A stretch of 64,000 nt of DNA from an uncultured Leptospirales bacterium (GCA_964392365.1 CAYMPH010000011.1:29851-93850), one strand, 5' to 3'; positions 42,852 through 52,221 are shown, counted from the stretch's first letter. The notes: generated from the letters alone by a model not told the origin. Program-made: numbers and translations.

Positions 42852-43445
42852 TTATTTCTTCCTTTGCCACTGGCCGTTTTTGTCCTGAATCCAGTCATTT
42901 TTAAGAGCTGAATCTGACTGTTCTTCGGCAAAAATTTTCCCCAGTCCGGCAATTATATCATCTTCCGGCTTTTCATTTTTTACATTCTGAACTGCTTTTG
43001 TAAATATGATTTTTCTGGCATTGTTTTCTTCATCAATAACTTTCAGCAGTACATTTTTTTCTGAAGCGGAGTTTTCATATTTATTTATTTTGATATAAGA
43101 AACAAAACCGGTGTTTGCTTCGCCGAGAACACCTTCATCTTTATAACTTCTGATTTTATCATAATGAAATTCCCTGATCTTCATTGCCTTGAAAAGCTCC
43201 GGGTCTGAAGCTGCTGCAGTATTTGACCCTTGAGTTCTCTGAACAGTTGTTCTGATGGAAGATATAACCCACGCATCCTTTTCAAGCTCTTTATATTCTC
43301 CGATAATCTGCCTTTCAATTACAGTTTTTTCTCCGGTAATTTGAATTTTCGGAGGCACTATACCGATAAAGGATGAGCAGCTGCTTAATACTGTGATTAT
43401 AAAAATGAAAAGCAATAATGGAAATTTTTTTATCATATCAATCAC
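42852..43445 (-). CDS. DUF1318 (YdbL-like) lipoprotein
   Basis: Lipobox LSSC; KDEGVLGEANTGF, ENNAR and WIQDKNGQW..K match DUF1318. Confidence 0.8.
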   Translation of the reverse strand: MIDMIKKFPLLLFIFIITVLSSCSSFIGIVPPKIQITGEKTVIERQIIGEYKELEKDAWVISSIRTTVQRTQGSNTAAASDPELFKAMKIREFHYDKIRSYKDEGVLGEANTGFVSYIKINKYENSASEKNVLLKVIDEENNARKIIFTKAVQNVKNEKPEDDIIAGLGKIFAEEQSDSALKNDWIQDKNGQWQRKK

Positions 43446-46215
43446 CTCGTGAAACTTTTCTTAAATATTCCTGAATTGGAATCCGGTCGAATTCCACCTT
43501 GTCTTCTTCAACAGCAATTATTACACCAAGTGTTTTTTTTGTCAAAAGGACTGTTGTATACACAAGACCTTTATCAAGGTTAAAATTAAAGCTTTCAATA
43601 TTCATAGTGTTATCTAAAGCAAACTGGGCGGATCCGAGTTTTGATTTGCCCTTTTCAACACTTAACCCTTTCATGAGGCTGTTTGCAAATTTCTCTCCGA
43701 CTTTATATATATGGATGTAGCCTTTTGCTGTAAGTTCCTTGTTTATATTAACGCCTCTTCCGGAAAAATTAGCGTTTAAAGAAAGAAGCGCATCTTCTCT
43801 TCTATTGAAAGCATCCGGTTCATCAAGCAGACCGATGTTCATGTTGGTGAGATCAGCAGTAATGCTGAATTCCATATTTTCTGTTTTGAAATTTGAAAGA
43901 TTAAAAAGTATATCCTTGCTTGAAAGTGAACCGCCTATAAGATTCGCTTTTAATGATTTAATCTGGAAAACATTTTCCTTGAAATACATTGCTGCTTTTA
44001 AATTGCTGAGATATTCAAATGATAAATCTCTTGCAGGATGTTTTGCCTTGATTGATTTAATTTTAAAGTTAATTTTATCTTTAAACAGATCGCTGTCAAT
44101 AATGCGGCTTTTGCTGTAAGTAAGCATAGTTTCAGATGCGTCTTTACTTTTAAACAGATATTCAAAAGGAAAATCCAGCTCAATTCCTGAAACTGAAATT
44201 TTCTTTGACGGATTTTCAACATTGATATTATTCATAACAATATTTCCGGTAGCTTTTCCTGTTTTAATATCGCCTTTCATCAATGCATTAATTTCCGCTT
44301 TGCCGGAAAGTTTCCATTCGCCGAAACTTTTTGTATTAGGTGCGTCAAGTTTCATTGCTATTGTTATATTGGAATCTGAAATGGGTTTTGTTTTTAAATC
44401 AACATAACCTGCTGCTCTGATTTCCGCTTTTTTCTCCATGCTTCCGATAAAAAGATTTTTTATAGAAAGTCTTTTATCTTTTTTTGCATAGTTGATATTT
44501 CCGGAAAGCGAAGCATCATTAATGGAAAAATCAGGTGATTTCACAATAAAATTAAAACCTGCTGCAATATTATCGCCGATCATTGAAAAATCGGAATTAA
44601 GTGTAATGTATATAGGTTTTTTAAGAGGTATTTTCAAAACCTGTTTTTCTACCCGGTCTGTTACCATTGGAGCAAGTGCGTCTTTTATAAATACAAGTTT
44701 TTCAATATTAACGCTTCCAGATGTTCCGTTTTTAAGAGATACTTTGCTTTTTAAAAGCAGTTCTACAGCATTGACTTTTGTATCAGGATCAAAATATTTT
44801 AAATCAAACGAATTTACTGTTATATCAGAAAAAGAATTATACGAGTCAATGTCAGTGTTCATTGATAGACCATTCGCGCCGGAGGCGCTTCCGGCAAGTG
44901 TGTAGTTGAATCTTGGCGCTGTAAGGCCGAGTTTGATTTTCATGTTCGCGTTTGTTTTACGGACATCAAATATCAGGCTGATGTTTTGAAGATTCGTTTC
45001 AAGATTTTCTGTTTTGAAAAATACGCCCGGAACTGAAAGTTTGCCTGCAATTAAAATGTCTGATACTGAACCGCTGATTGTCATGGGGAAAAGAGATATT
45101 CTGCCGCGGAAACTGGTCTTTTTATTTTTGCTTAAACTGTAATAATAGGGGTAAAGATCATCGAGAACAATATTGCTTTCTGTAACTGCGAGATTGAGAT
45201 ACATGTTGCTCGATGCTTTTGAAATTGTCCCTGCGAGCTTAAGCCAGTTTTTTCCGGCAAAATTTAATGTAAAATGCCCGAGTGTTACCTGATCATTGTA
45301 TGGATTGTAATTCAGATCATAAGATAAAATGAAATTAAGCGGAGCCAGATGCGTATTTTTAAATCTTACAGGAGATTTATATGTTCCGAATTTCAGGGTG
45401 CTTGCAAATTTTGATTCATTTTTATTGTACCCTACATTCATTGATAATATAAGTTCAGGTGATGCTGATGCATCTTTTGATTTAAAAACAACTGAAACAT
45501 TTTCATGCGGATTAAGCGAAACGTTCAGGCTTTTTAACAGTGTTGCTGCTTTTACTGACAGCGGAATTTTTTTGACCGGCGGAATATCCGCTTCAACTGA
45601 CATGGAAATGCTTTCTGCTGAAGCTTCGAATTTTGATGATTTCACATAAACCCTGAGATCATCGAGAATTATTTTTGCATACGCACTGACATTTACAGGA
45701 ATAGATATTTCATCTGAACCGGATTTCTTTTGTTCCGGAGCTGGTTTTTTCTTCTTATCCGGCTTTCCTTCTTTCATTAATTTTGAGAAACTCCAGACGC
45801 CGTTTCTTTCTTCAATGTAAATTCTTGGGCTGTAAATCCCGAGTTCTCCTATTCTCACTACACCTGTAAAAATTTTAAGCAGGCTGTAATCAAGAACAAG
45901 TTTTTTTACTTCAACGAGTTTTGAGTAATCAAACTGTTTGCCGTTTTTGATAGATATATTTTCAATTTTAAAACCGGTAAGAATATTGAACTCCCTGACA
46001 TTTAAAGTAAGAGTTCCTGTTGTAATTGAATTAAATACTGTAACAGCGAGCTTCTCAGTTCTTTCAGCATTAAGGTATAGCCTTGCTGTTATCAAAAAAA
46101 TAATAACAAAAGCAATTATAAAAACAGGTATTCGAATGAGCACTGTTTTTAATGTCTGTATTATTATTTTATGAGATAAAGGCTTTACAGGTTTTATTTT
46201 TTCTTCAACTTCCAT
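43438..46215 (-). CDS. AsmA-like/YdbH-like inner-membrane-anchored beta-groove protein
   Basis: Single N-terminal TM, AsmA-type start (IYSPRIYIEERNGVWSF), long beta-rich body, adjacent to DUF1318 as in ydbH-ynbE-ydbL. Confidence 0.65.
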   Translation of the reverse strand: MEVEEKIKPVKPLSHKIIIQTLKTVLIRIPVFIIAFVIIFLITARLYLNAERTEKLAVTVFNSITTGTLTLNVREFNILTGFKIENISIKNGKQFDYSKLVEVKKLVLDYSLLKIFTGVVRIGELGIYSPRIYIEERNGVWSFSKLMKEGKPDKKKKPAPEQKKSGSDEISIPVNVSAYAKIILDDLRVYVKSSKFEASAESISMSVEADIPPVKKIPLSVKAATLLKSLNVSLNPHENVSVVFKSKDASASPELILSMNVGYNKNESKFASTLKFGTYKSPVRFKNTHLAPLNFILSYDLNYNPYNDQVTLGHFTLNFAGKNWLKLAGTISKASSNMYLNLAVTESNIVLDDLYPYYYSLSKNKKTSFRGRISLFPMTISGSVSDILIAGKLSVPGVFFKTENLETNLQNISLIFDVRKTNANMKIKLGLTAPRFNYTLAGSASGANGLSMNTDIDSYNSFSDITVNSFDLKYFDPDTKVNAVELLLKSKVSLKNGTSGSVNIEKLVFIKDALAPMVTDRVEKQVLKIPLKKPIYITLNSDFSMIGDNIAAGFNFIVKSPDFSINDASLSGNINYAKKDKRLSIKNLFIGSMEKKAEIRAAGYVDLKTKPISDSNITIAMKLDAPNTKSFGEWKLSGKAEINALMKGDIKTGKATGNIVMNNINVENPSKKISVSGIELDFPFEYLFKSKDASETMLTYSKSRIIDSDLFKDKINFKIKSIKAKHPARDLSFEYLSNLKAAMYFKENVFQIKSLKANLIGGSLSSKDILFNLSNFKTENMEFSITADLTNMNIGLLDEPDAFNRREDALLSLNANFSGRGVNINKELTAKGYIHIYKVGEKFANSLMKGLSVEKGKSKLGSAQFALDNTMNIESFNFNLDKGLVYTTVLLTKKTLGVIIAVEEDKVEFDRIPIQEYLRKVSRGD

Positions 46216-46600
46216 ATTGCATCCTTAATTTAAAATGGAATTATAGATTAAGCAATATTAATTTCAAGCAGATATTTTCTGACTCAGCCCTTTTCTACAG
46301 TTGCTTTTTTTAAGTAAAAGAAATGGAAAATAGAGCAGAAATTTACCGGATAGGAAACTGGATTAACCAGATTTAAATATTAAATCATATGCTAATGTCT
46401 GATCATGTTTATTATTTCAGAGTGAACAAAAAAGCAATAACAGGAAGCAGTTCCTTATTAGATGAAAAAATTTAATATATTGACTAAATAAACATTAAAG
46501 GAGAATTTGTTCATAAATATAAATTTTATTATCCAGCAATATATCTATTAGAATTTTTAAATTTTTCAGAATTTAATATTTACGATATAGGTGTAATTCA

Positions 46601-48142
46601 TTGAAAAACTTTATAATTAAGACTATAGTATTTATCCCTCTGTTTCTACTTATTGTAATTCCCCTTAATGCTGAATATCTCTTTCTGAAAGACGGATCAA
46701 TTATTAAAGGCAAAATTGTTTCTGAGACAGCGAATGATGTTGTTATAAGTGATGAGCAGAACAAGGCAGTCGCATATCCTCATAATAAAATTTTGAGGGT
46801 GCTTTATACTGAAATAAATATGGGTAAAATCTATGTGCAGCTGAAAAACGGTGAAAATTTCAGAGGCTATCTAATTGATGAAGACCGGGACACATATACT
46901 TTCAGATATATTATAAATAGGCCTGAAGAATTTACAGTTCAGAGGTCGAAAGTTCTTTTTATAGCTGAAAGAAATCCGTCTGAATTAAAAGGTGAAAGCA
47001 GCTATACTGAAATTTCACTAACCTGGTCTCCTCCGTATGATAAAATGAAATCATATAATATCTATTATAAAAAAAATAAAAATGATAAGTATATAATTGC
47101 TGATAAAGCATGGAAGAATTCATTTAATCTTAAAGGCCTTAATAACTTCACTAAATATATTATAATGGTAACAGGTGTAGATGATACTGGAGTTGAAACC
47201 ACACCAAGTAATGAAATAGAAATATCGACATTAGCCAAAGTTGATGTTGAACTTAAAAATGGAAAAACATTAAAAACAAATCTTGTTGCTGAGGACTGGG
47301 AAAAATATACTTTCCGCAACAATATAAGAAAGGTTGAAGATTTCACAGTAAAGCGTGCAGATGTTCTTTTTATTACAGAGCGTTTCCCTTCCGGTTTGAA
47401 GGGTAATGCTGATTTTAACACTATCTCACTTAAATGGATTGAGCCGTATGATTCTGTGAATGAATACAAAATTTATATTAAGAAAAAGGGTGAGGATTAT
47501 AAACCTGTTTCAACAACAGGAAATAATTCAAAAACAGTTAAAGGTCTTGCAGCAAATACAGAATATACTTTAAAGGTAACAGGCATACTTAAAAATAAAA
47601 CTGAAACTGCGCCGAGTAATGAAATTAAAGTGATAACTGGATTAGAGAAACCTCAAGAAAAAAATTTACTCCCATCAGGCATAAGGATTGCTTATATGCT
47701 GGGAATTCCTTTTACTTTACCGCAGAGAAATATCTACTCTAATCTTCATGGAGTGGATTTGACTTATTCTTATTTTTTCAGCGACTATATATCAATTAAA
47801 ACAGGTGTTAATTTTATAATTGGAATGCAGCCTATAGAAAACGCGACAACAGTTCAAAGTGCGTTAAATATCGGTGTGAATTTTGGTTTTCCGATCAAAG
47901 ATTTTATATATCCATATACAGGAGTTTCTGTAAGAGGATTGTGGCTGCATGAAGAATGCAGAGGAAGGATTATGGATTTCGGCGGTATTGGAGTTGACTG
48001 GAATCTTGGAATTGCTTTTACAATTGTAAAGTTTTTCGGTCTATATGCTGAATACACATTAGGCTGGTCTGCTGCTCTTGACAAATCCACAACAGATATA
48101 AGTTCAATGTCAATAAAAGCTGGCATATTCTTTAGATTTTAG
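46601..48142 (+). CDS. Outer-membrane protein with repeated small beta domains, two Fn3 domains and a C-terminal beta-barrel
   Basis: Signal peptide; LKDG/LKNG domains x3; Fn3 motifs (LTWSPP..YNIYY..GL...TKY; LKWIEP..YKIY..GLAANTEY); ends AGIFFRF. Confidence 0.75.
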   Translation: MKNFIIKTIVFIPLFLLIVIPLNAEYLFLKDGSIIKGKIVSETANDVVISDEQNKAVAYPHNKILRVLYTEINMGKIYVQLKNGENFRGYLIDEDRDTYTFRYIINRPEEFTVQRSKVLFIAERNPSELKGESSYTEISLTWSPPYDKMKSYNIYYKKNKNDKYIIADKAWKNSFNLKGLNNFTKYIIMVTGVDDTGVETTPSNEIEISTLAKVDVELKNGKTLKTNLVAEDWEKYTFRNNIRKVEDFTVKRADVLFITERFPSGLKGNADFNTISLKWIEPYDSVNEYKIYIKKKGEDYKPVSTTGNNSKTVKGLAANTEYTLKVTGILKNKTETAPSNEIKVITGLEKPQEKNLLPSGIRIAYMLGIPFTLPQRNIYSNLHGVDLTYSYFFSDYISIKTGVNFIIGMQPIENATTVQSALNIGVNFGFPIKDFIYPYTGVSVRGLWLHEECRGRIMDFGGIGVDWNLGIAFTIVKFFGLYAEYTLGWSAALDKSTTDISSMSIKAGIFFRF

Positions 48143-48151
48143 AGGTGATGT

Positions 48152-48769
48152 ATGAAAAATTTATATTTATTATTTATTGGATTAATTCTGTTTGCAGGGT
48201 GCGATTATAATTATCTTGATATATCGAAAACGTACAATCTTCGTGATAGAGGTCCTGCTGGTGGATGGATATTTTATATAAATCCAAATTATAAAACTGA
48301 CGGGTGGAAGTATCTGGAAGCTGCGACTGTTTCAAATGAATATATGAATATACAAAGTGGAACTTATAGCGGTATAGCAACTGGTATTACCGATAGTAAA
48401 GTTGGAGCAGGTAAATCAAATACTTTGAAAATTGTAGCTTGGTTAAATAATAATTCAGATGATACCTGGGGGGATGTTACTAATCGTACAAATCGTGCTG
48501 CATATATTTGCTATAATCTTGAAGTTGTAAATAATGGCATAAGTTATAAAGACTGGTTTTTGCCTTCAAAAGATGAACTCTCTTTAATGTATAATAATCT
48601 TCATTTAGCAGGTATAGGAAATTTCGAAACTTCTATACAACGTGTTTATTGGACCTCTACAGAAGATACTAATACAAATGCATATCAACAATGGTTCGGT
48701 TCTGGTCCAGGTAGTTATACTATTATTAAAACAAATAATGGTAGAGTTCGTGCGATAAGACGTTTTTAA
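48152..48769 (+). CDS. Lipoprotein with DUF1566/Lcl (C-type lectin-like) C-terminal domain
   Basis: Lipobox FAGC; GPAGGWIFY, DWFLPSKDEL, YWTSTE and terminal VRAIRRF. Confidence 0.8.
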   Translation: MKNLYLLFIGLILFAGCDYNYLDISKTYNLRDRGPAGGWIFYINPNYKTDGWKYLEAATVSNEYMNIQSGTYSGIATGITDSKVGAGKSNTLKIVAWLNNNSDDTWGDVTNRTNRAAYICYNLEVVNNGISYKDWFLPSKDELSLMYNNLHLAGIGNFETSIQRVYWTSTEDTNTNAYQQWFGSGPGSYTIIKTNNGRVRAIRRF

Positions 48770-48962
48770 TTTTTTTATTTATATACTTTTTTTTGTAAGA
48801 AAAAGTTTGTTCTGTTACATTTCAGAAACCGGCTTTTTAATGCAGACATTCTTTTTATTCAATTTCAGTTCTAGTTTAATTTTCAGAATTTATCCGGGGT
48901 CAGAGCAAGGTTTTATTTATTATATTTATTTTTATTGCAGAGAATTTTAAACCTGCGACATG

Positions 48963-48996
48963 CGAGTAGTGGTTCAAAATTTTGAACCACTACTCG
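48963..48996. repeat. Perfect 34-bp palindrome, GTAG-type REP-like
   Basis: CGAGTAGTGGTTCAAAA|TTTTGAACCACTACTCG. Confidence 0.85.
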
Positions 48997-49072
48997 ATAC
49001 GAATCTACATATTTTTTCCCTCATTAAATTTTTTAAATTTTTCCATTCCGATCGTATTAATAGTGTAGGGAC

Positions 49073-49199
49073 GCAATCCCCCGGCTCTTCGAGCCTTTCC
49101 CCCTTGGTAAGGGGGGCTGTTCCGCTCAAGGGAATTGTTTTCCTTCGAGTAAAACCCCCTTACCAAGGGGGAAGATCGCTACGCGATCCGGGGGATTGC
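49073..49199. repeat. Multi-branched palindromic element upstream of the DUF559 nuclease
   Basis: 12-bp terminal IR (49073-84/49188-99), 19-bp inner IR (49097-115/49155-73) and three side hairpins. Confidence 0.85.
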
Positions 49200-49224
49200 T
49201 TCAAACTCCCCTAAAGGAATACCT

Positions 49225-49587
49225 ATGAAAGAATCACAATATTTTCTAAATTACAACCGTAAGCACGTCAAGCGATCACGTGAGCTCAGAAAAAACATGA
49301 CACGTGCTGAATGCAAAATATGGTATGAATATCTGAGGCATCTTCCTGTTAGAGTTTTGCGTCAGCGGCCAATTGATAATTTCATAGTGGATTTTTACTG
49401 TGCATCCCGGAAGATTATTATTGAAATAGACGGTGAAATTCATTCAACTATCCATGCAAAAGAGTATGATGATTTTCGTACCAGTGTACTTGAAGGTTAT
49501 GGTCTAAAAGTAATTCGTTTTACGAATAATGAAGTTCTGAATAATTTTGAATATGTATGCGGAATTTTAGATAGAATATTGTTGTAA
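49225..49587 (+). CDS. DUF559 (Vsr-like) endonuclease
   Basis: RELRKNMT.AE..IW, RQRPIDNFIVDFYC, IEIDGEIH, YD..RT..LE..G.KVIRFTN. Confidence 0.92.
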   Translation: MKESQYFLNYNRKHVKRSRELRKNMTRAECKIWYEYLRHLPVRVLRQRPIDNFIVDFYCASRKIIIEIDGEIHSTIHAKEYDDFRTSVLEGYGLKVIRFTNNEVLNNFEYVCGILDRILL

Positions 49588-49834
49588 AAACGCAAACCTC
49601 TAATCTGCCTGAATTATAATAAATTTTTATTTTAATCCGGAATCAATCAAAAATAATACTTTGAAAAACAGTTTTTATTATGTATATTTACATTACTGAA
49701 TAATCCGAAAAGCTGAATTTCTTAAATTACCCGGAAAACGAGCTTATCAAAAAAAGTATTAAATTAGTAATGAATATATATGTATTCCTATTGGCATTGT
49801 TAAAATAATATCTGCATAATCTGGAGAAGAATTT

Positions 49835-50731
49835 ATGAAATACGATATTGACAAGAATATAATTGAATCTCTGCTTACTCTTGCATCTGTAATTGAAGCG
49901 CGCGATGTTTATACCGGAGGCCATACCTGGAGAGTGAGCCAGTATGCTTCAATGCTTACAAAAAAACTCGGACTTTCAAAAGACGAGATTTTTCTTTCTT
50001 CACTTGGCGGAATGATTCACGATATAGGAAAAGTTGGAGTTCCGGATGCGATCCTGAATAAAAAAGGGCCTCTTGACGATCAGGAATATGAAATAATAAA
50101 AAATCATCCGAAAATCGGAAATACAATTATTGAAAAGCATCCGCTGTATGATCTTGTTCAGATGTCTGTAAACGAGCACCATGAGAGACTTGATGGTAAG
50201 GGATACCCTTCTGCTACAACCGAACAATCTATCTATGGAAAAATTATCAGTATCAGCGACGCTTTCGATGCAATGACCAGCACCAGGTCATATAGAAAAG
50301 GCATGAGCAAGGAAAAAGCGTGCGAGCTTATTTCGGAAGCAACAGAAACCCAGTTCGATAAAAAACTGACGGATGTATTAATATCCATGTCTTCTAAAGG
50401 AGAATTTGACTCAATTATAGGTTATGCAGGAGAAAACAAGAAAATGCTTCAGTGCCCGGAGTGCGGCCCTATAGTTGTTCCTCCGGATACTCTTGCAACA
50501 GGTGAGGAAGTAACCTGTCCGAACTGCATGACTCATTTTGTAGCTCACAGGGGAATGGATTCTTTTGAGCTTGAATTTACTGATAAAAAATCAACAGTAT
50601 ATATTCCAAAATCGGATGATGACTGTATTATTCATTTTATGGGGAATATCCCGAAGAAAATAAGGGCAAATTGTATAGAGAATTGTAAAGCCAGCAGGAA
50701 AAGTTATTTTTTTCATCACGCTGAATTATAA
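49835..50731 (+). CDS. HD-GYP phosphodiesterase with C-terminal zinc ribbon
   Basis: HT.RV, HDIGK, HHERLDGKGYP and DAFDAMTS; then CPEC...CPNC. Confidence 0.88.
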   Translation: MKYDIDKNIIESLLTLASVIEARDVYTGGHTWRVSQYASMLTKKLGLSKDEIFLSSLGGMIHDIGKVGVPDAILNKKGPLDDQEYEIIKNHPKIGNTIIEKHPLYDLVQMSVNEHHERLDGKGYPSATTEQSIYGKIISISDAFDAMTSTRSYRKGMSKEKACELISEATETQFDKKLTDVLISMSSKGEFDSIIGYAGENKKMLQCPECGPIVVPPDTLATGEEVTCPNCMTHFVAHRGMDSFELEFTDKKSTVYIPKSDDDCIIHFMGNIPKKIRANCIENCKASRKSYFFHHAEL

Positions 50732-50843
50732 ATATGTATACTCACAGCCGGATAGGAATTGTTCGTATTCTTGTAATTTTGGAGAATTACAGTTTTATAA
50801 TATATAAGCAGAAATACATATTAAATAAAGTTACAATAAACAA

Positions 50844-51416
50844 ATGAACGAAACAATTCATGAAAATAAAACTTTCACTAAAGATGATTATTCAGATAAT
50901 GATTTATCAGGCAGGGAATTTGATTCATGCATATTTGTTAACTGCAATTTTTTTAAATGTGATTTATCTTACAGTGACTTTATAGATTGCAGGTTTGAAG
51001 ACTGTAATTTCAGCATGGTTAAGTTCAACGATACCGGATTAAAAAATGTCACTTTCGCGGACTGTATGCTGCGCGGCATTGATTTTACTAAATGTAAGGA
51101 CTTCCTGCTTGCTTTTAGTTTTGATAAATGCATTTTAGATTATTCAAGTTTTCATAAGAAAAAAATAAATAAAACAATATTTAAAGAATGCTCGTTAAAA
51201 GAAATTGATTTTTCTTATGCAGACTTAACATCATCAATCTTTAATAATTGCGATTTAATGAGAGCCGTCTTTCAGCATACAAATCTGGAAAAAGCAGATT
51301 TTCGAACATCAGATAATTACTCTATTGATCCTGAAACAAATAGATTAAAAAAAGCAAGATTTTCTTATTCCGGAGTTATTGGTTTATTGGATAAATATCA
51401 GATAATAATTGAATGA
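50844..51416 (+). CDS. Pentapeptide repeat protein
   Basis: Continuous A(D/N)L/F-type pentapeptide repeats (CDLSY, CNFSM, ADLTS, ADFRT). Confidence 0.9.
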   Translation: MNETIHENKTFTKDDYSDNDLSGREFDSCIFVNCNFFKCDLSYSDFIDCRFEDCNFSMVKFNDTGLKNVTFADCMLRGIDFTKCKDFLLAFSFDKCILDYSSFHKKKINKTIFKECSLKEIDFSYADLTSSIFNNCDLMRAVFQHTNLEKADFRTSDNYSIDPETNRLKKARFSYSGVIGLLDKYQIIIE

Positions 51417-51462
51417 TAAAATTATTATATCTGGAACATGCAGATAAATTTATCTAGTTCAG

Positions 51463-52044
51463 TTATTTTTCTGTTCCCTTGATTTTTTCCATTATATTTT
51501 TACTGTGATTTATAATAATAAAAATAAAAATTGATGCAGCACCTGCAATTTCAAAATTATTATATCCTGTTGCGCCAAGCATACCTAAAGTAAGAACAGC
51601 AATCATAAAAAATGAAGCTAAAAATGGAATACGCGCTACAAAATATAATATAACCCATAATTGAGCTGCAGCTGCAGCTGCATATGGATTGACTATTGTT
51701 GAGAATCCGAGAAAATTAGCAACTCCTTTGCCTCCGCGGAATCCATGAAATACAGGGAATCTGTTACCGAATATAAGTGCAAGTCCAACCCAGGAAATAT
51801 AACCGGCAGGAAGAAAAGTTACACACGCAAAAGCAACAGCGCATGATCTGCCCATATCCAGAAGAAATACAATCGATGCCCATAATAAACCAGCCTGCCT
51901 GTACACATTTGTAACTCCTGCATTTCCGCTGAATTTATCTCTGGGGTCGCCCAGTTTGAGTATTTTAAAGGTCAGTATTGAAAAATTTATAGAGCCTGCG
52001 AGGTAGGCTCCGAGAATAAATATTGCATATATTTTTAAATCCAT
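51463..52044 (-). CDS. plsY: Glycerol-3-phosphate acyltransferase PlsY-like
   Basis: YLAGSINF, SGNAGVTNVYR, LDMGR and FRGGKGVA motifs. Start reassigned to ATG 52044 (AGGTGA RBS). Confidence 0.85.
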   Translation of the reverse strand: MDLKIYAIFILGAYLAGSINFSILTFKILKLGDPRDKFSGNAGVTNVYRQAGLLWASIVFLLDMGRSCAVAFACVTFLPAGYISWVGLALIFGNRFPVFHGFRGGKGVANFLGFSTIVNPYAAAAAAQLWVILYFVARIPFLASFFMIAVLTLGMLGATGYNNFEIAGAASIFIFIIINHSKNIMEKIKGTEK

Positions 52045-52064
52045 TGTATCACCTGATTGATTTT

Positions 52065-52090
52065 GTTCATCTCGGCTCCGCTCGATGAAC
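52065..52090. repeat. GAGCGGAG-family REP-like hairpin (minus orientation)
   Basis: GTTCATC-TCGGCTCCGCTC-GATGAAC; same core as the 29.1-kb repeats and 52288-52310. Confidence 0.6.
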
Positions 52091-52156
52091 AGATATTTAA
52101 TTGTAGCATTTAACGAAATAACTAGCGCTAATAAATTCAACAGAAATTAGTTTTTT

Positions 52157-52221
52157 TGTCATCCCCGTGAAAACGGGGATCCAGACTACAAAAATGGATT
52201 CCCGCCTTCGCGGGAATGACA
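52157..52221. repeat. GTCAT...ATGAC REP-like doublet, copy 2
   Basis: TGTCATCCCCGTGAAAACGGGGATCCAG-actacaaaaa-TGGATTCCCGCCTTCGCGGGAATGACA. Confidence 0.85.

Noticed and set aside
48960-49214. 84-aa ORF upstream of DUF559
   Set aside because: It is made almost entirely of the palindromic repeats, has no RBS or protein motif, and is likely a chance open frame.
48770-49224. DGR template repeat or reverse transcriptase next to the CLec lipoprotein
   Set aside because: No AAC-rich copy of the 3' region here or in the other intergenic regions I read, and no RT ORF in the window.
52045-52140. N-terminal extension of PlsY in the ORF track
   Set aside because: It runs through a REP hairpin; ATG 52044 has an RBS and matches the normal PlsY start.
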